Source: Myxococcota bacterium
GTDB lineage: Bacteria > Myxococcota_A > UBA796 > SXON01
Length of the DNA stretch: 64,000 nt
Direction: 5' to 3'
Assembly (NCBI GenBank): GCA_040386535.1
Contig: JAZKFH010000002.1
Location: 187,678-251,677, forward strand
The position numbers were made by a program, and so were the translations under genes. Positions 21,150-32,023 of this stretch are shown one piece after another. The notes under the pieces were generated by a model, which saw only the letters and a program-made list of their open reading frames with translations, made no database searches and had not been told where the DNA came from. Each line of letters begins with the position of its first letter. Within the stretch, counting starts at the first letter, position 1.

Positions 21150-22358
21150 ATGAAAGCAGTCGTGTTCCACGGCGTGGGGGACATCCGCTTGGAGGACGTG
21201 CCGGACCCGCGCATCCAGGCGCCCACCGACGCCATCATCAAGGTCACCGCGAGCGCCATCTGTGGCACGGATCTCCACATGATCCGGGGCACCCTGCCGG
21301 GGCTCCAAGCGGGGACGGTGCTCGGGCACGAGGCGGTCGGCGTGGTCGAGGAGATCGGGCCCGACGTCCGGAACCTCTCCGTCGGCGACCGCGTGGTGGT
21401 GCCCTCCACCATCGCGTGTGGCGTCTGTGCGTATTGCCGTGACGGATGCTTTTCTCAATGTGACACGGCCAACCCCAACGGAAAGCTGGCCGGCACCGCG
21501 TTCTTCGGCGGCCCCAGCGAGAGCGGGCCGTTCCACGGGCTGCAGGCCGAGCGGGCGCGGATCCCGTACGCCAACGTCGGGCTCGTGAAGCTGCCCGACG
21601 AGGTGAGCGACGAGCAGGCCGTGCTCCTCTCGGACGTGTTCCCGACCGGTTGGTACGGCGCCGAATTGGCCCATCTCCACCCCGGCGCCACGGTCACGGT
21701 GCTCGGGTGTGGCCCCGTCGGGCAGTTCGCCATCGCGAGCGCGAAGCTGATGGGCGCAGGGCGGATCTTCGCGGTCGACTGCGTGGAGTCGCGGCTGGAC
21801 ATGGCCCGCCGCCAGGGCGCGGAGGTGGTCAACTTCGAGAAGGAGGACCCGGTGGAGACCATCCGCCGCCTCACCGACGGGATCGGCACGGACCGTGTCA
21901 TCGACGCAGTGGGGGTCGACGCGTGCCGCAGCCACAACGCCCCGCCGAACGGGCGGGCCGCGCGTGACAAGTCGGAGCTCGACGAGATCTCCAACAACAA
22001 CCTCGCCCCGAATTGGAACGCGGGAGACGCGCCCACGCAGGCCCTCGACTGGGCCATCGACATCTCCGCGAAGGCCGGCGGCATCGCGATCGTAGGGGTC
22101 TACCCGAGCAACGACCGCTTCTTCCCCATCGGCCGGGCCATGAACCGCAACCTGAGCGTACGGATGGGGAACACACCCCATCGTCGCTTCATCCCGATGC
22201 TGGTGGACCTGGTGCGCAGCGGTGTCATCGACCCGCGGGACGTGCTCACCCAGCAGGCCCCGCTCACCAGCGCGATCGAGGCCTACCGCCACTTCGATCG
22301 ACGCGAGGCCGGCTGGATGAAGGTCGAGCTGCTGCCGATGGCGGCGCCGGTGCATTGA
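21150..22358 (+). CDS. Zn-dependent alcohol dehydrogenase (glutathione-independent formaldehyde dehydrogenase-like)
   Basis: ICGTDLH, GHEAVG, C-x2-C-x2-C-x7-C, SDVFPTG, GCGPVG; GGAGG RBS. Confidence 0.93.
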   Translation: MKAVVFHGVGDIRLEDVPDPRIQAPTDAIIKVTASAICGTDLHMIRGTLPGLQAGTVLGHEAVGVVEEIGPDVRNLSVGDRVVVPSTIACGVCAYCRDGCFSQCDTANPNGKLAGTAFFGGPSESGPFHGLQAERARIPYANVGLVKLPDEVSDEQAVLLSDVFPTGWYGAELAHLHPGATVTVLGCGPVGQFAIASAKLMGAGRIFAVDCVESRLDMARRQGAEVVNFEKEDPVETIRRLTDGIGTDRVIDAVGVDACRSHNAPPNGRAARDKSELDEISNNNLAPNWNAGDAPTQALDWAIDISAKAGGIAIVGVYPSNDRFFPIGRAMNRNLSVRMGNTPHRRFIPMLVDLVRSGVIDPRDVLTQQAPLTSAIEAYRHFDRREAGWMKVELLPMAAPVH

Positions 22359-22382
22359 CGCCGGGTCTACCGTGCACCAAGA

Positions 22383-22407
22383 GAGGGCCCCCAACTCGGG
22401 GGCCCTC
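22383..22407. terminator. Hairpin between convergent adh and aceA (probable bidirectional terminator)
   Basis: GAGGGCCCCC-aactc-GGGGGCCCTC perfect 10-bp stem; no clear U-tract. Confidence 0.6.
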
Positions 22408-22420
22408 CTCACCGGGGGTG

Positions 22421-23752
<1,332 letters not shown>

Positions 23753-23756
23753 CTGG

Positions 23757-25400
23757 TCACTCCATGGTCGGAGGGAGGAGGGTGACGATCCGCTCGTAGG
23801 CGAGCGATGTCACGAAGGGTGGCAGCCGGCGCGCGGTACAGGCGCGTTGGAACAACGCGCGCGCTTCGGCCCAGCGGCCACGGTCGAAGGCCTCGGCGCC
23901 GACCTGGGCGCGGAGGCGGGTCATCTCCTCGTCGAGCAGCCGCTCGAAACGAGAGAGGGTCAGATCGGTGCCATCATCCAGGCGCGCGCCGTGGCGGACC
24001 CACTGCCAGATCTGGCTGCGGGCGATCTCGACGGTGGCGGCGTCCTCCATGAGCCCGTACAGCGCGACGCTGCCGACGCCGCGCAGCCACGCCTCGAGGT
24101 AGCGGACACACACGTCGATGTCGTGGCGGAGCGTGGCGCGGGTGCGCGGCCCCTGGGGCACGGCGCACAGATCGAACGCCCGCGGCGGCCCGCCCGGCGG
24201 CCGCACCTCGAGCTGGTTGGGGCCGGGCATGTGGGCGTCGAACACCTCGCGCGCCACGGGGACGAGCGCGGGGTGCGCAACCCAGGTGCCGTCGTGACCC
24301 AGCTTCACTTCGCGGAGCTTGTCGGCCCGCACCTTGGCGAGCGCGTCCGCGGTGGCCACGGGGTCGTCACGGAGCGGGACCTGCGCCGCCATGCCGCCCA
24401 TCGCGTGGATGCCGCGGCGGTGGCAGATGGTCACGACCGCGCGTGTATACGCGGCGAGGAACGGCTGTTCCATGCCGATGGCGCCCCGGTCGGGCACGAC
24501 GAACGCGGCGTGCTCGGCGAAGGTCTTGATGTAGCTGAAGATGTAGTCCCACCGCCCACAGTTCAGGCCCGCCGAGTACGCGCGCAGCTCCCACAGGATC
24601 TCGTCCATCTCGAAGGCGGCGGGCAGGGTCTCGATGAGGACGGTGGCCCGCACGGTCCCAAGCGGGATGCGCAGGGACTCCTCGGCGAAGGCGAACACGT
24701 CCGCCCACAGCCGCGCCTCGCGATGGCTCTCCATCTTGGGGAGGTAGAAGCAGGGCCGGCGCCCGTTCGCGACGAGCTGGGCGGCGTTGTGGAAGAAGAA
24801 CAGCCCGAAGTCGAACAGCCCCGCGGGGACGGGCTGCCCCTCGACCAGGACATGTTTCTCCCAGAGGTGCCACCCGCGCGGGCGCACGAACAACGTCGCC
24901 GTGCTCGCGCCGAGTGTGTAGATCTTTCCCGTGTCGGGCTGGACGTAGCGGATCGTGCCACGCACGGCGTCGATCAGGTTCTGTTGGCCCTCGACCAGGT
25001 TGTGCCACGTCGGTGAGGTCGCGTCCTCGAAGTCGGCCATGTACACGTTGGCGCCCGAACAGAGCCCGTTGATGACCATCTTCCGGTCGACCGGGCCGGT
25101 GATCTCCACGCGGCGATCCTGGAGCTCGGGCGGGATCGGCGCCACCGTCCATTCGCTCGTGCGGATGCCGACGGTCTCGGGGAGATAGTCGGGAAGCCGC
25201 CCGCTGTCGAACTCGGCCTGGCGCTCCCGCCGCTTGGCGAGCAGCTCCTGCACGCGCGGGGTGTAACGCCGCGCGAGCTCCCCCACGAACGCCAGGGACT
25301 CGGGCGTGAGGACCAGGGACGAGGAGGGGGTGGGGGGCCCGCGGACATCCGTTCGGACGGTCTTCGGGCGGGCGTTCGCTGGGGCGGTTCGTGCTTCCAT
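23757..25400 (-). CDS. aceB: Malate synthase A
   Basis: [57 protein letters not shown]. Confidence 0.97.
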   Translation of the reverse strand: MEARTAPANARPKTVRTDVRGPPTPSSSLVLTPESLAFVGELARRYTPRVQELLAKRRERQAEFDSGRLPDYLPETVGIRTSEWTVAPIPPELQDRRVEITGPVDRKMVINGLCSGANVYMADFEDATSPTWHNLVEGQQNLIDAVRGTIRYVQPDTGKIYTLGASTATLFVRPRGWHLWEKHVLVEGQPVPAGLFDFGLFFFHNAAQLVANGRRPCFYLPKMESHREARLWADVFAFAEESLRIPLGTVRATVLIETLPAAFEMDEILWELRAYSAGLNCGRWDYIFSYIKTFAEHAAFVVPDRGAIGMEQPFLAAYTRAVVTICHRRGIHAMGGMAAQVPLRDDPVATADALAKVRADKLREVKLGHDGTWVAHPALVPVAREVFDAHMPGPNQLEVRPPGGPPRAFDLCAVPQGPRTRATLRHDIDVCVRYLEAWLRGVGSVALYGLMEDAATVEIARSQIWQWVRHGARLDDGTDLTLSRFERLLDEEMTRLRAQVGAEAFDRGRWAEARALFQRACTARRLPPFVTSLAYERIVTLLPPTME

Positions 25401-25518
25401 GGCCTGGAAGTTGAGGTCCGAATCCCGTTTCGTCCAGCCCCTCCTTCATCGCGGACGGAAGTTGGCCTCAACGCGGGCAGGAGCCTGGCGCGCCCCCCGC
25501 GCCCCCCCCCGCACCCCC

Positions 25519-25561
25519 AAAAAAGATAGAGGCCCCCCTGCCTTCTCCAGGCAGGAGGGCC
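25519..25561 (-). terminator. Rho-independent terminator after the small membrane protein gene
   Basis: 13-bp GC-rich stem with one G-U pair on the minus strand (25531-25543/25549-25561) followed by TCTATCTTTTTT. Confidence 0.75.
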
Positions 25562-25573
25562 GGGCCCACCCGA

Positions 25574-25807
25574 TCAGCTGTCGCCGGGATGCTCTCGGCG
25601 CCCCCCGTCCTCGCGGTTCTCCAGCACGCCGGCCTGCCACCACCAGAGCCCCCCCCCGATGACCAGCGCCAGCGCGAAGGCTACCAATCCAGGCAGCCCT
25701 CCGAAGAACAACGCGAAAACCGCCGTGGCACCCACGACGACGGCGACGAGCGCCCAGGCGAACACCTGGAACACGGGCCGAATCGTTTCTGGGTTGGAAG
25801 TTCCCAT
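25574..25807 (-). CDS. Small two-TM membrane protein
   Basis: 77 aa with two hydrophobic segments; followed by terminator. Confidence 0.7.
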   Translation of the reverse strand: MGTSNPETIRPVFQVFAWALVAVVVGATAVFALFFGGLPGLVAFALALVIGGGLWWWQAGVLENREDGGRREHPGDS

Positions 25808-25887
25808 CCTGTCACAAGCTACGCACCCGGTCCCCCGAAACAAGGCGCGGCGCGGCGCCATGCCTATGGTTCGGACGGAGGGATGGG

Positions 25888-26340
25888 ATGCGCAAGAAAG
25901 ACGGAGAGGAACGGACGCCCGCCGAGGACAGCACCCTGTTGCGACAGCCGGACCTCGGCGGTGGGCAGCGGCCCGCCGGGGAGGAGGCGCGGCCGAAGGG
26001 GACCCACCCCGTCAGCGCCTTTGCCGGCGCCGGATGTGGACCGCCCGGGGCGTCGGGCGCGTGGCCGGTCGCGCCGGGGGAGGCGGAGGCCGCGGCGGAA
26101 GACGGCGTGCCCGGCAGCAACGCGGTCCGGTTCTCGGACGCGCGCGAGGCCGGCGTCTTCGCGGGAGAGCCCTACGAGCCCGCGACGATGGTGGGCCCTG
26201 GGGAGCTGCATCCGGAGGCAGCCCGTGGCGCGCTCTACGAGGGCCCCGAGCGGAGGAAGCACCAGGCCGCCTGGGACGAGTGGCAGGCGCGGGACCGTCG
26301 CGAGCGCCCCTTCGTGTACGCGGGGGACATGCAGGTGTGA
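25888..26340 (+). CDS. Small hydrophilic hypothetical protein
   Basis: GGAGGG upstream, GC3 bias, fills gap between neighbours. Confidence 0.6.
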   Translation: MRKKDGEERTPAEDSTLLRQPDLGGGQRPAGEEARPKGTHPVSAFAGAGCGPPGASGAWPVAPGEAEAAAEDGVPGSNAVRFSDAREAGVFAGEPYEPATMVGPGELHPEAARGALYEGPERRKHQAAWDEWQARDRRERPFVYAGDMQV

Positions 26341-26374
26341 CCGTTCGCGGGCCTCGATGATACGGGCGGGGCCG

Positions 26375-27850
26375 ATGCGCCGCGCCCTCCCCCGCTCGTT
26401 GCTCGCCATGGTGGTGACGGGCCTCCTTGCGTGCGACGAGCCGGCTCCAGAGGACAGCGCGCACGAGGACAGCGCCCCCGAACCCGAGCCCCCTACCCTC
26501 GCCGACGCCGACGCCACCTTCCTCGGCGCCCAATCCACCGCGGCGGGCAGCGCGGTGGCCGGCCCAGGTGACCTCGACGGGGACGGCCTGGACGACGTGG
26601 CCGTGAGCGCCTTCTACGGCAACCTCGCCTGTGTCTGGTCCGGGCCGGTCGCGCGCGGCGCCCACCTCCTGGCGGACGGCGCCTGTGTGGACGGCGAGGA
26701 TCCCTACGATTTTCTCGGCTACGCGATCGCGGGCGCGGGTGACGTGGACGAGGACGGCCGCGCCGAGCTGGTCGTCGGCGCGGTCGGCAATGACGACGGT
26801 GGGATCGACGCCGGCAAGGTGTACCTGTTCCTGGACACCATCCCCGTGGGCCACACGCCGGCCGACACCGCCCCGGTGACGTTCCTCGGCGAGGCCCCGG
26901 GCGACCAGGCGGGGATCACGGTCGGGGCGTCGGGGGACGTGTTCGGTGAGGGCGGCGCCGGCCTCCTCGTCGGCGCCACGGGGAACGACGCGGGCGGGGG
27001 CGGCGGCGGGCGGGTGTACCTGCTCCGCGGCCCCTTCGCTCCCGGCACGAACGCGCTCGGAGACGCCTACGCGACCTTCACCGGCGCGTCCACGTCCGCG
27101 CGCCGCCCGCTGGCGCACGGCGCCTCGACCGGCGGGGACGCGCTGGGGGACGCGGTTGCCGGCTGCGGCGATCTCGACGGGGACGGCGTGGACGATGTCG
27201 CGCTCGGCGCCAGCGGCGCGGACACTGGCGGGGAGGACGCCGGCGCGGTGCGGATCGTGCGCGGCCCGATCGCGGCGGGCAACCACACGGCGGCGGACGC
27301 GGACGTGCGCCTGTCCGGGCCGGGCCCCGGCGCCTACGCCGGCGGGGCGCTGGCCCGCGTCGGCGATCTCGACGGCGACGGCCTCGCCGACCTGCTCGTG
27401 GCGGCGGACGGCTACCTCGGCGGCCACGTGTACGTGCTCCTCGGGCCCATCGCGGACGGCGAACGCGCGCTCGCGGACACCCCCGCCACGCTTGTCGCGG
27501 ACGATCCGGGCGATCTCGCGGGGTGGTCGGTCGCCGGCGCGGGCGATGTCGACGGCGACGGGCGGCCCGAGGTGCTCGTGGGCGCGCCCGACAGCGATGG
27601 CGGCGCGCTCGACGGCGGCGGGCTCTACCTGGTGAGCGCCGCCGCGACTCCGGGCGTACGCGCCCTCGGGGACGCCGGGCTGCTCCTCGCTGCCGAGGCC
27701 GAGTACGACGCCGCCGGACGCGCCGTCGCGGGCGCGGGCGACGTGGATGGGGACGGCCTCGCCGACGTGCTGGCGGGCGCCCTCTACAACCAGGAAGTAG
27801 ACGTGTTCGCGGGGAAGGCGTACCTGTTCTACGGTTCCAGCCTCCAGTAG
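26375..27850 (+). CDS. FG-GAP (integrin alpha-like) beta-propeller lipoprotein
   Basis: LLAC lipobox; seven G-D-(L/V)-D-G-D-G type blades (one degenerate). Confidence 0.9.
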   Translation: MRRALPRSLLAMVVTGLLACDEPAPEDSAHEDSAPEPEPPTLADADATFLGAQSTAAGSAVAGPGDLDGDGLDDVAVSAFYGNLACVWSGPVARGAHLLADGACVDGEDPYDFLGYAIAGAGDVDEDGRAELVVGAVGNDDGGIDAGKVYLFLDTIPVGHTPADTAPVTFLGEAPGDQAGITVGASGDVFGEGGAGLLVGATGNDAGGGGGGRVYLLRGPFAPGTNALGDAYATFTGASTSARRPLAHGASTGGDALGDAVAGCGDLDGDGVDDVALGASGADTGGEDAGAVRIVRGPIAAGNHTAADADVRLSGPGPGAYAGGALARVGDLDGDGLADLLVAADGYLGGHVYVLLGPIADGERALADTPATLVADDPGDLAGWSVAGAGDVDGDGRPEVLVGAPDSDGGALDGGGLYLVSAAATPGVRALGDAGLLLAAEAEYDAAGRAVAGAGDVDGDGLADVLAGALYNQEVDVFAGKAYLFYGSSLQ

Positions 27851-27926
27851 CGGAATCGCGAGGCGGAAGGGCCGTTCGTGACCCGGGCCCCCGACGGGCG
27901 TGGCAGCCGACGGTTAGGAGGGGCGC

Positions 27927-29414
27927 ATGCAGGGCACCACCGGACGAGACGTGCTCGTCATCGACGACGATCCGTGGATCCGGGTGCTGGTCGAGCGCCT
28001 GCTCGGGGCCCGTGGGTACGCGGTGCGCTCGGTGGCGGACGGCGCGGGCGCGCTCGCCGCCTTGAACGACGGGTTCGAGGGGGTCGTCGTCCTCGACGTG
28101 AACCTCCCCGACATCGACGGGACGCGGCTCCTCCGCCAGATCCGCCTCGCCGCCCCGGACATGCCCGTCATCCTCCTCACCGGCCAGGCGTCGACCGATC
28201 TGGCGCTCGACTCCATCCGCGACGGCGCGTTCGACTTCGTCGACAAGGTGCAGCTCGCCGCGCGCCTGCCCGACGCGGTCGACCACGCGCGCCTCCAGCT
28301 CGAGTCCGCCGCGCAGTCCGCGCCTTTCGCCGGCATCGTGGCACGCTCCGCGTCGATGCGCGGCGTGTTCCGCGCTGTCCAGAGCGCCCTGCCCTCCCGC
28401 GTGCCCGTCCTCATCCGGGGTGACAGCGGCACCGGCAAGGAGCTCATCGCCCGCGCCCTCCACGTGAACGGCCCCCGTCGCGACGGTCCGTTCGTCGCCG
28501 TCAACTGCGCGGGCATCCCCGACAACCTGCTCGAAGCCGAGCTCTTCGGGTACGAGAAGGGCGCGTTCACCGGCGCCACCGCGCGAAAGCTCGGGCGGTT
28601 CGACATGGCCCGGCGCGGCACCTTGTTCCTCGACGAGATCGGAGACATGCCGATGGGCCTCCAGCCCAAGCTGCTCCGCGTCCTCCAGGAGGGCGAGTTC
28701 GTGCGGCTCGGCGGCGTCGAGACCCTGAGCGCGGACGTGCGCGTGGTGTCGGCCACCCACCGCGATCTGGAGGAGGCCGTGGCGGCCGGGCGCTTCCGCG
28801 AGGACCTCTACTACCGGCTCTCCGTCTACACCGTGAACCTGCCGCCGCTGCGTGACCGCGCGGGGGACATCCCCGAGCTCGCCCGCCACTTCGTGCGGGT
28901 GTGCGCCGCGCGCGAGGGCAAGCCCGTCTTCGACCTCGATCCGCGCGTGATGGAGCTGCTCTGCTCCTACCGGTTCCCCGGGAATGTGCGCGAGCTGGAG
29001 AACCTCCTGGCGCACGCAGTCGTGGCGGCGCGCGGCACCCTCCTCGGCATCGCGGATCTGCCCCAGCCGTTCCTCCGCGCGGTGGCGCTGGAGCGTCGCA
29101 AGCCTGTCGCGCACGATGACCCGCACGACCTCGACGTCGACGCGCGCCCCGAGCCCCGCGTGCTCCCGCCCGAGGAGCCGCCCGCGCACCCCATCGTCGA
29201 GGTTCCGGCGCACGAGCCGCCGGAGATCGCCCGGCCCACGGTCGTCCGCGCGGGGGTCCCCTTCCCCACCCTGCGCGAGGTCAGCCGCCAGCACGTGGTC
29301 GACGCGTTGCGGGTGGCCGCCGGCAACAAGGCCGAGGCCGCGCGCCTGCTGGGCGTGAGCCGGATGACCTTGTACCGGACGCTCAAGGAGCTCGAGGTCC
29401 CCGTCGATCCCTGA
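27927..29414 (+). CDS. NtrC-type sigma54-dependent response regulator (REC-AAA+-HTH)
   Basis: VIDDD...LDVNLP receiver, GDSGTGKE, GAFTGA, FPGNVREL, AARLLGVSRMTLYR. Confidence 0.96.
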   Translation: MQGTTGRDVLVIDDDPWIRVLVERLLGARGYAVRSVADGAGALAALNDGFEGVVVLDVNLPDIDGTRLLRQIRLAAPDMPVILLTGQASTDLALDSIRDGAFDFVDKVQLAARLPDAVDHARLQLESAAQSAPFAGIVARSASMRGVFRAVQSALPSRVPVLIRGDSGTGKELIARALHVNGPRRDGPFVAVNCAGIPDNLLEAELFGYEKGAFTGATARKLGRFDMARRGTLFLDEIGDMPMGLQPKLLRVLQEGEFVRLGGVETLSADVRVVSATHRDLEEAVAAGRFREDLYYRLSVYTVNLPPLRDRAGDIPELARHFVRVCAAREGKPVFDLDPRVMELLCSYRFPGNVRELENLLAHAVVAARGTLLGIADLPQPFLRAVALERRKPVAHDDPHDLDVDARPEPRVLPPEEPPAHPIVEVPAHEPPEIARPTVVRAGVPFPTLREVSRQHVVDALRVAAGNKAEAARLLGVSRMTLYRTLKELEVPVDP

Positions 29415-29427
29415 CGCGAGCGCCGCC

Positions 29428-29501
29428 TGTCTCGATCCGAGACACCCCTCGCCCGACACGCCTCGTTTCGATACACCGCCTCCACAGAAGTGGACGAAAC
29501 A
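29428..29501. promoter_or_regulatory. Putative enhancer (upstream activator sequence) for the adjacent sigma54 promoter
   Basis: Palindrome TGTCTCG-ATC-CGAGACA (29428-29444) plus half-sites CGATACA (29469) and CGAAACA (29495). Confidence 0.6.
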
Positions 29502-29515
29502 CGGCTTCTACGTAG

Positions 29516-29531
29516 TGGCACACTTCCTGCA
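29516..29531 (+). promoter_or_regulatory. Sigma54 -24/-12 promoter
   Basis: TGGCACACTTCCTGCA: GG-N10-GC spacing, one mismatch to TGGCAC-N5-TTGCW; intergenic. Confidence 0.8.
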
Positions 29532-29541
29532 TAGGTTCGAA

Positions 29542-29710
29542 TCGTTGTCGGTCCCGCGGCCACGCACCACCCCCGGTGCCCATCGGCACGGATCCTCGGG
29601 ATCGACGCCCTCTCCCGCAAACGTGCGCCCTTCTCCACCTCGTCTTCTGCCGGAGGCCAGGTGTCGAGGAGGGCGCGCGGATGCCCCCTCCACCGTGATG
29701 CGGGTGGGTT
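29542..29710 (+). ncRNA. Candidate sigma54-dependent structured small RNA
   Basis: Begins at predicted +1; stems 29546-29556/29597-29607, 29576-29589, 29622-29679, 29614-29619/29699-29704, with G-U pairs valid only on + strand. Confidence 0.55.
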
Positions 29711-29735
29711 AGAAGCCCGCGACCCGAGGCCTCCC

Positions 29736-30758
29736 ATCGTCCGCCTGCTCGATCATCTCGCTACCCTCGGGCTCCGCAGCAACGCCGCCCGGGAGGCCCT
29801 CCGTACCGGCAAGGTGCGCATCGACAACGTCCCCACGGCGGATGCCGGCCGGATGGTCGATCCGACCCGCGTCCGGTACGACCCGAACACGCCCCGCATG
29901 GTCGTCGGCCGCGACGCGGTCATGTTGTGGTACGACCAGCACCTCGCCGTCGTCTGGAAGCCGCCCGAGATGCTCTCGGTGCCCGCGCCCGGCCGTAACG
30001 ACGCCGAGAACGTGCTCCGGTACGTCGGCACGCGGCTCGGTTCGGCGCTCGCCGTCCACCGCCTCGACGAGGAGACCTCCGGCGTCATGCTCGTCGCCCG
30101 CACGGACGCCGCGCAGGAGGCTCTGAAGGCGCTGTTCGAGTCCCACACCATCGAGCGCCGGTACCTCGCGCTCGTGCGCGGCGCGTTCCCCGCGGGCCCC
30201 TCCCGCGAGATGCGCACGATGATGGTGCGCGACCGCGGCGACGGCCTGCGCGGCAGCGGCGACGGCTTCATGGCCAAGCCCGCCATCACCTGGCTCGCGC
30301 GCGTCGAGAGCTACGGCAAGGTGTCCCTCGTCGAGGCCCGCCTCGAGACCGGCCGCACGCACCAGGTGCGCATCCACCTCGCCGAGCTCGACCACCCCGT
30401 CCTGGGCGACCCGCTCTACGCCGACCGCCACACCCAGGGCCAGGCCCCGCGCCTCGCCCTCCACGCGGCGCGCCTCGCCTTCCGCCACCCCTTCACCCAG
30501 GAAGATCTGCACTTCGTCGCGCCCCTGGCCGATGACATGGAGATCCTCCGCCGGCGCTACGCCGAGAAGGTGCAGGGCCGCACGCCCGAGCAGCAGCAGG
30601 CCGCGGCCATCGAGCTCGGCGAACGCGAAGCCCCGCCGCCCCCCATCGCGCGCCCGCACGGCACGGGCCGGCCGGTTGTGCGCGGACGTGGCGGCAACAA
30701 CGGCCGCGGCGCCAACAACGGCCCGAGCGGTCGCGGTCGTTCGGGCGGGCGCCGGTAG
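29736..30758 (+). CDS. RluA-family pseudouridine synthase with S4-like N-terminus (start uncertain; ORF track gives GTG 29661)
   Basis: KPPEMLSVP, VHRLDEETSG catalytic Asp, LETGRTHQVRIHL, HPVLGDPLY, LHA; Gly/Arg-rich tail. Confidence 0.93.
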   Translation: MVRLLDHLATLGLRSNAAREALRTGKVRIDNVPTADAGRMVDPTRVRYDPNTPRMVVGRDAVMLWYDQHLAVVWKPPEMLSVPAPGRNDAENVLRYVGTRLGSALAVHRLDEETSGVMLVARTDAAQEALKALFESHTIERRYLALVRGAFPAGPSREMRTMMVRDRGDGLRGSGDGFMAKPAITWLARVESYGKVSLVEARLETGRTHQVRIHLAELDHPVLGDPLYADRHTQGQAPRLALHAARLAFRHPFTQEDLHFVAPLADDMEILRRRYAEKVQGRTPEQQQAAAIELGEREAPPPPIARPHGTGRPVVRGRGGNNGRGANNGPSGRGRSGGRR

Positions 30759-30843
30759 ATCGGCCCGAGGGTGTCTGGGCGACCGGCGCGGGCGGCGGTG
30801 CCCGGCCCCCGAGCGGGCCGCCGCCGCCCCGAATCACCCTCTC

Positions 30844-31431
30844 TCAGGTCAGCAGCAGCCTGCACGCCACATCGGCGAGGTGCTCCGCGACGACCGCGTG
30901 CGGGTCCCCACCCGGGCCGCCCTGCTCGAACAGCGCGAGATCCTCGGGCTCGGTGATGGCGTACCGCACGACCAGGTGGTTGAGCGACAAGAGCGCCAGC
31001 ATCCGCGGCGGGTCCAGCGGGATGCCGAGCGGCGTCACCGCGGCCCCGACCCGCGCCAGCAGCGGGCCCAGCCACTTGCCCGAGACGGCCTCGGGCAATC
31101 GCCGGTTCTCGAGCACGTGGCGGAGCAGCACGCGCACCTCGACCTGGTGGGCGCGCGCGAAGTGGTAGAGGCCCTTCACGATCAGGCGCAGCCGCGCTTC
31201 GGGATCGGGCTCGTCCCCGCCGGGGATGTCGAACGCGACGATGCGCCCATAGGTGCGGTCGACCAGCGCGGCGTACAGGCCCTGCTTGTCGCCGAAGTGG
31301 TAGGCCAGCGTCGCGATGTTCACGCCGCCCGCCAGCGCGATGGCGCGCGTGGAGGCGCCCGCGAAGCCCTCCGCGGCGAACAAGGGCGCCGCGGCCTCGA
31401 GGATGCGCTCGCGGGTGTCGTCTCCGCTCAT
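30844..31431 (-). CDS. TetR/AcrR family transcriptional regulator
   Basis: RERILEAA..LFA..GF..ASTRAIA..GGVNIATLAYHFGDKQGLY HTH. Confidence 0.95.
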   Translation of the reverse strand: MSGDDTRERILEAAAPLFAAEGFAGASTRAIALAGGVNIATLAYHFGDKQGLYAALVDRTYGRIVAFDIPGGDEPDPEARLRLIVKGLYHFARAHQVEVRVLLRHVLENRRLPEAVSGKWLGPLLARVGAAVTPLGIPLDPPRMLALLSLNHLVVRYAITEPEDLALFEQGGPGGDPHAVVAEHLADVACRLLLT

Positions 31432-31441
31432 CGGCCGGCCC

Positions 31442-32023
31442 TCACGCGCTCACGCCCCACCCCGCCATGATGGCCAGGAGCGTGAACCCGATCTTGAAGC
31501 CGCGGAACGAGGCGCCCAGGAGCAGGTCCGTGAGCTTCACGCCCATCACGCCCGCCCCGAACGTGACGAGCACGAACGGCACCGGCGCCATCGACGCGAG
31601 CGCAATCGTCCGCGCTCCGTGGTCGCTGAGCCAGTGGCCGACGCGCCACCGCATGAGGAACGCGACCAGGGCCGGGCGGCCCCGCAACGTACGTCCCACG
31701 GCGTAGACGAAGACGCTCGCGCACATGGACGCGACCCAGGCCACGCCCAAGAGCGGCCACGGGGGGATGCCGCCCGTATAGGCCAGGAAGACCGCGGGCT
31801 GGAACCCGAGGCCGGGCATCGGATCGGTGACGAGCAGCGTCACGAACAGGCCGATCAGCCCGTACTCCGTCACGAGGCTCCCCGAGAGCGCGACGATCGG
31901 GTCGCGCAGGGAGATGCCGATGCCTGCGACGAGCCCGATCACCACCACGAGGCCGACCCCGATCCGGAGGACGTTGGAGAGCGACACCTTCGGCGGCGTC
32001 GCCAGCCCGGTCGGGAGCGTCAT
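31442..32023 (-). CDS. VTT/DedA-superfamily (SNARE-associated) membrane protein
   Basis: Multiple TM helices, DPMPG re-entrant motif, APVPF..VTFGAG, FRGFK. Confidence 0.75.
   Translation of the reverse strand: MTLPTGLATPPKVSLSNVLRIGVGLVVVIGLVAGIGISLRDPIVALSGSLVTEYGLIGLFVTLLVTDPMPGLGFQPAVFLAYTGGIPPWPLLGVAWVASMCASVFVYAVGRTLRGRPALVAFLMRWRVGHWLSDHGARTIALASMAPVPFVLVTFGAGVMGVKLTDLLLGASFRGFKIGFTLLAIMAGWGVSA

Noticed and set aside
29503..29569. TAGTGG and GGTTCGAATC look like tRNA D- and T-loops
   Set aside because: No T-stem, no anticodon arm and wrong spacing; overlaps the sigma54 promoter instead
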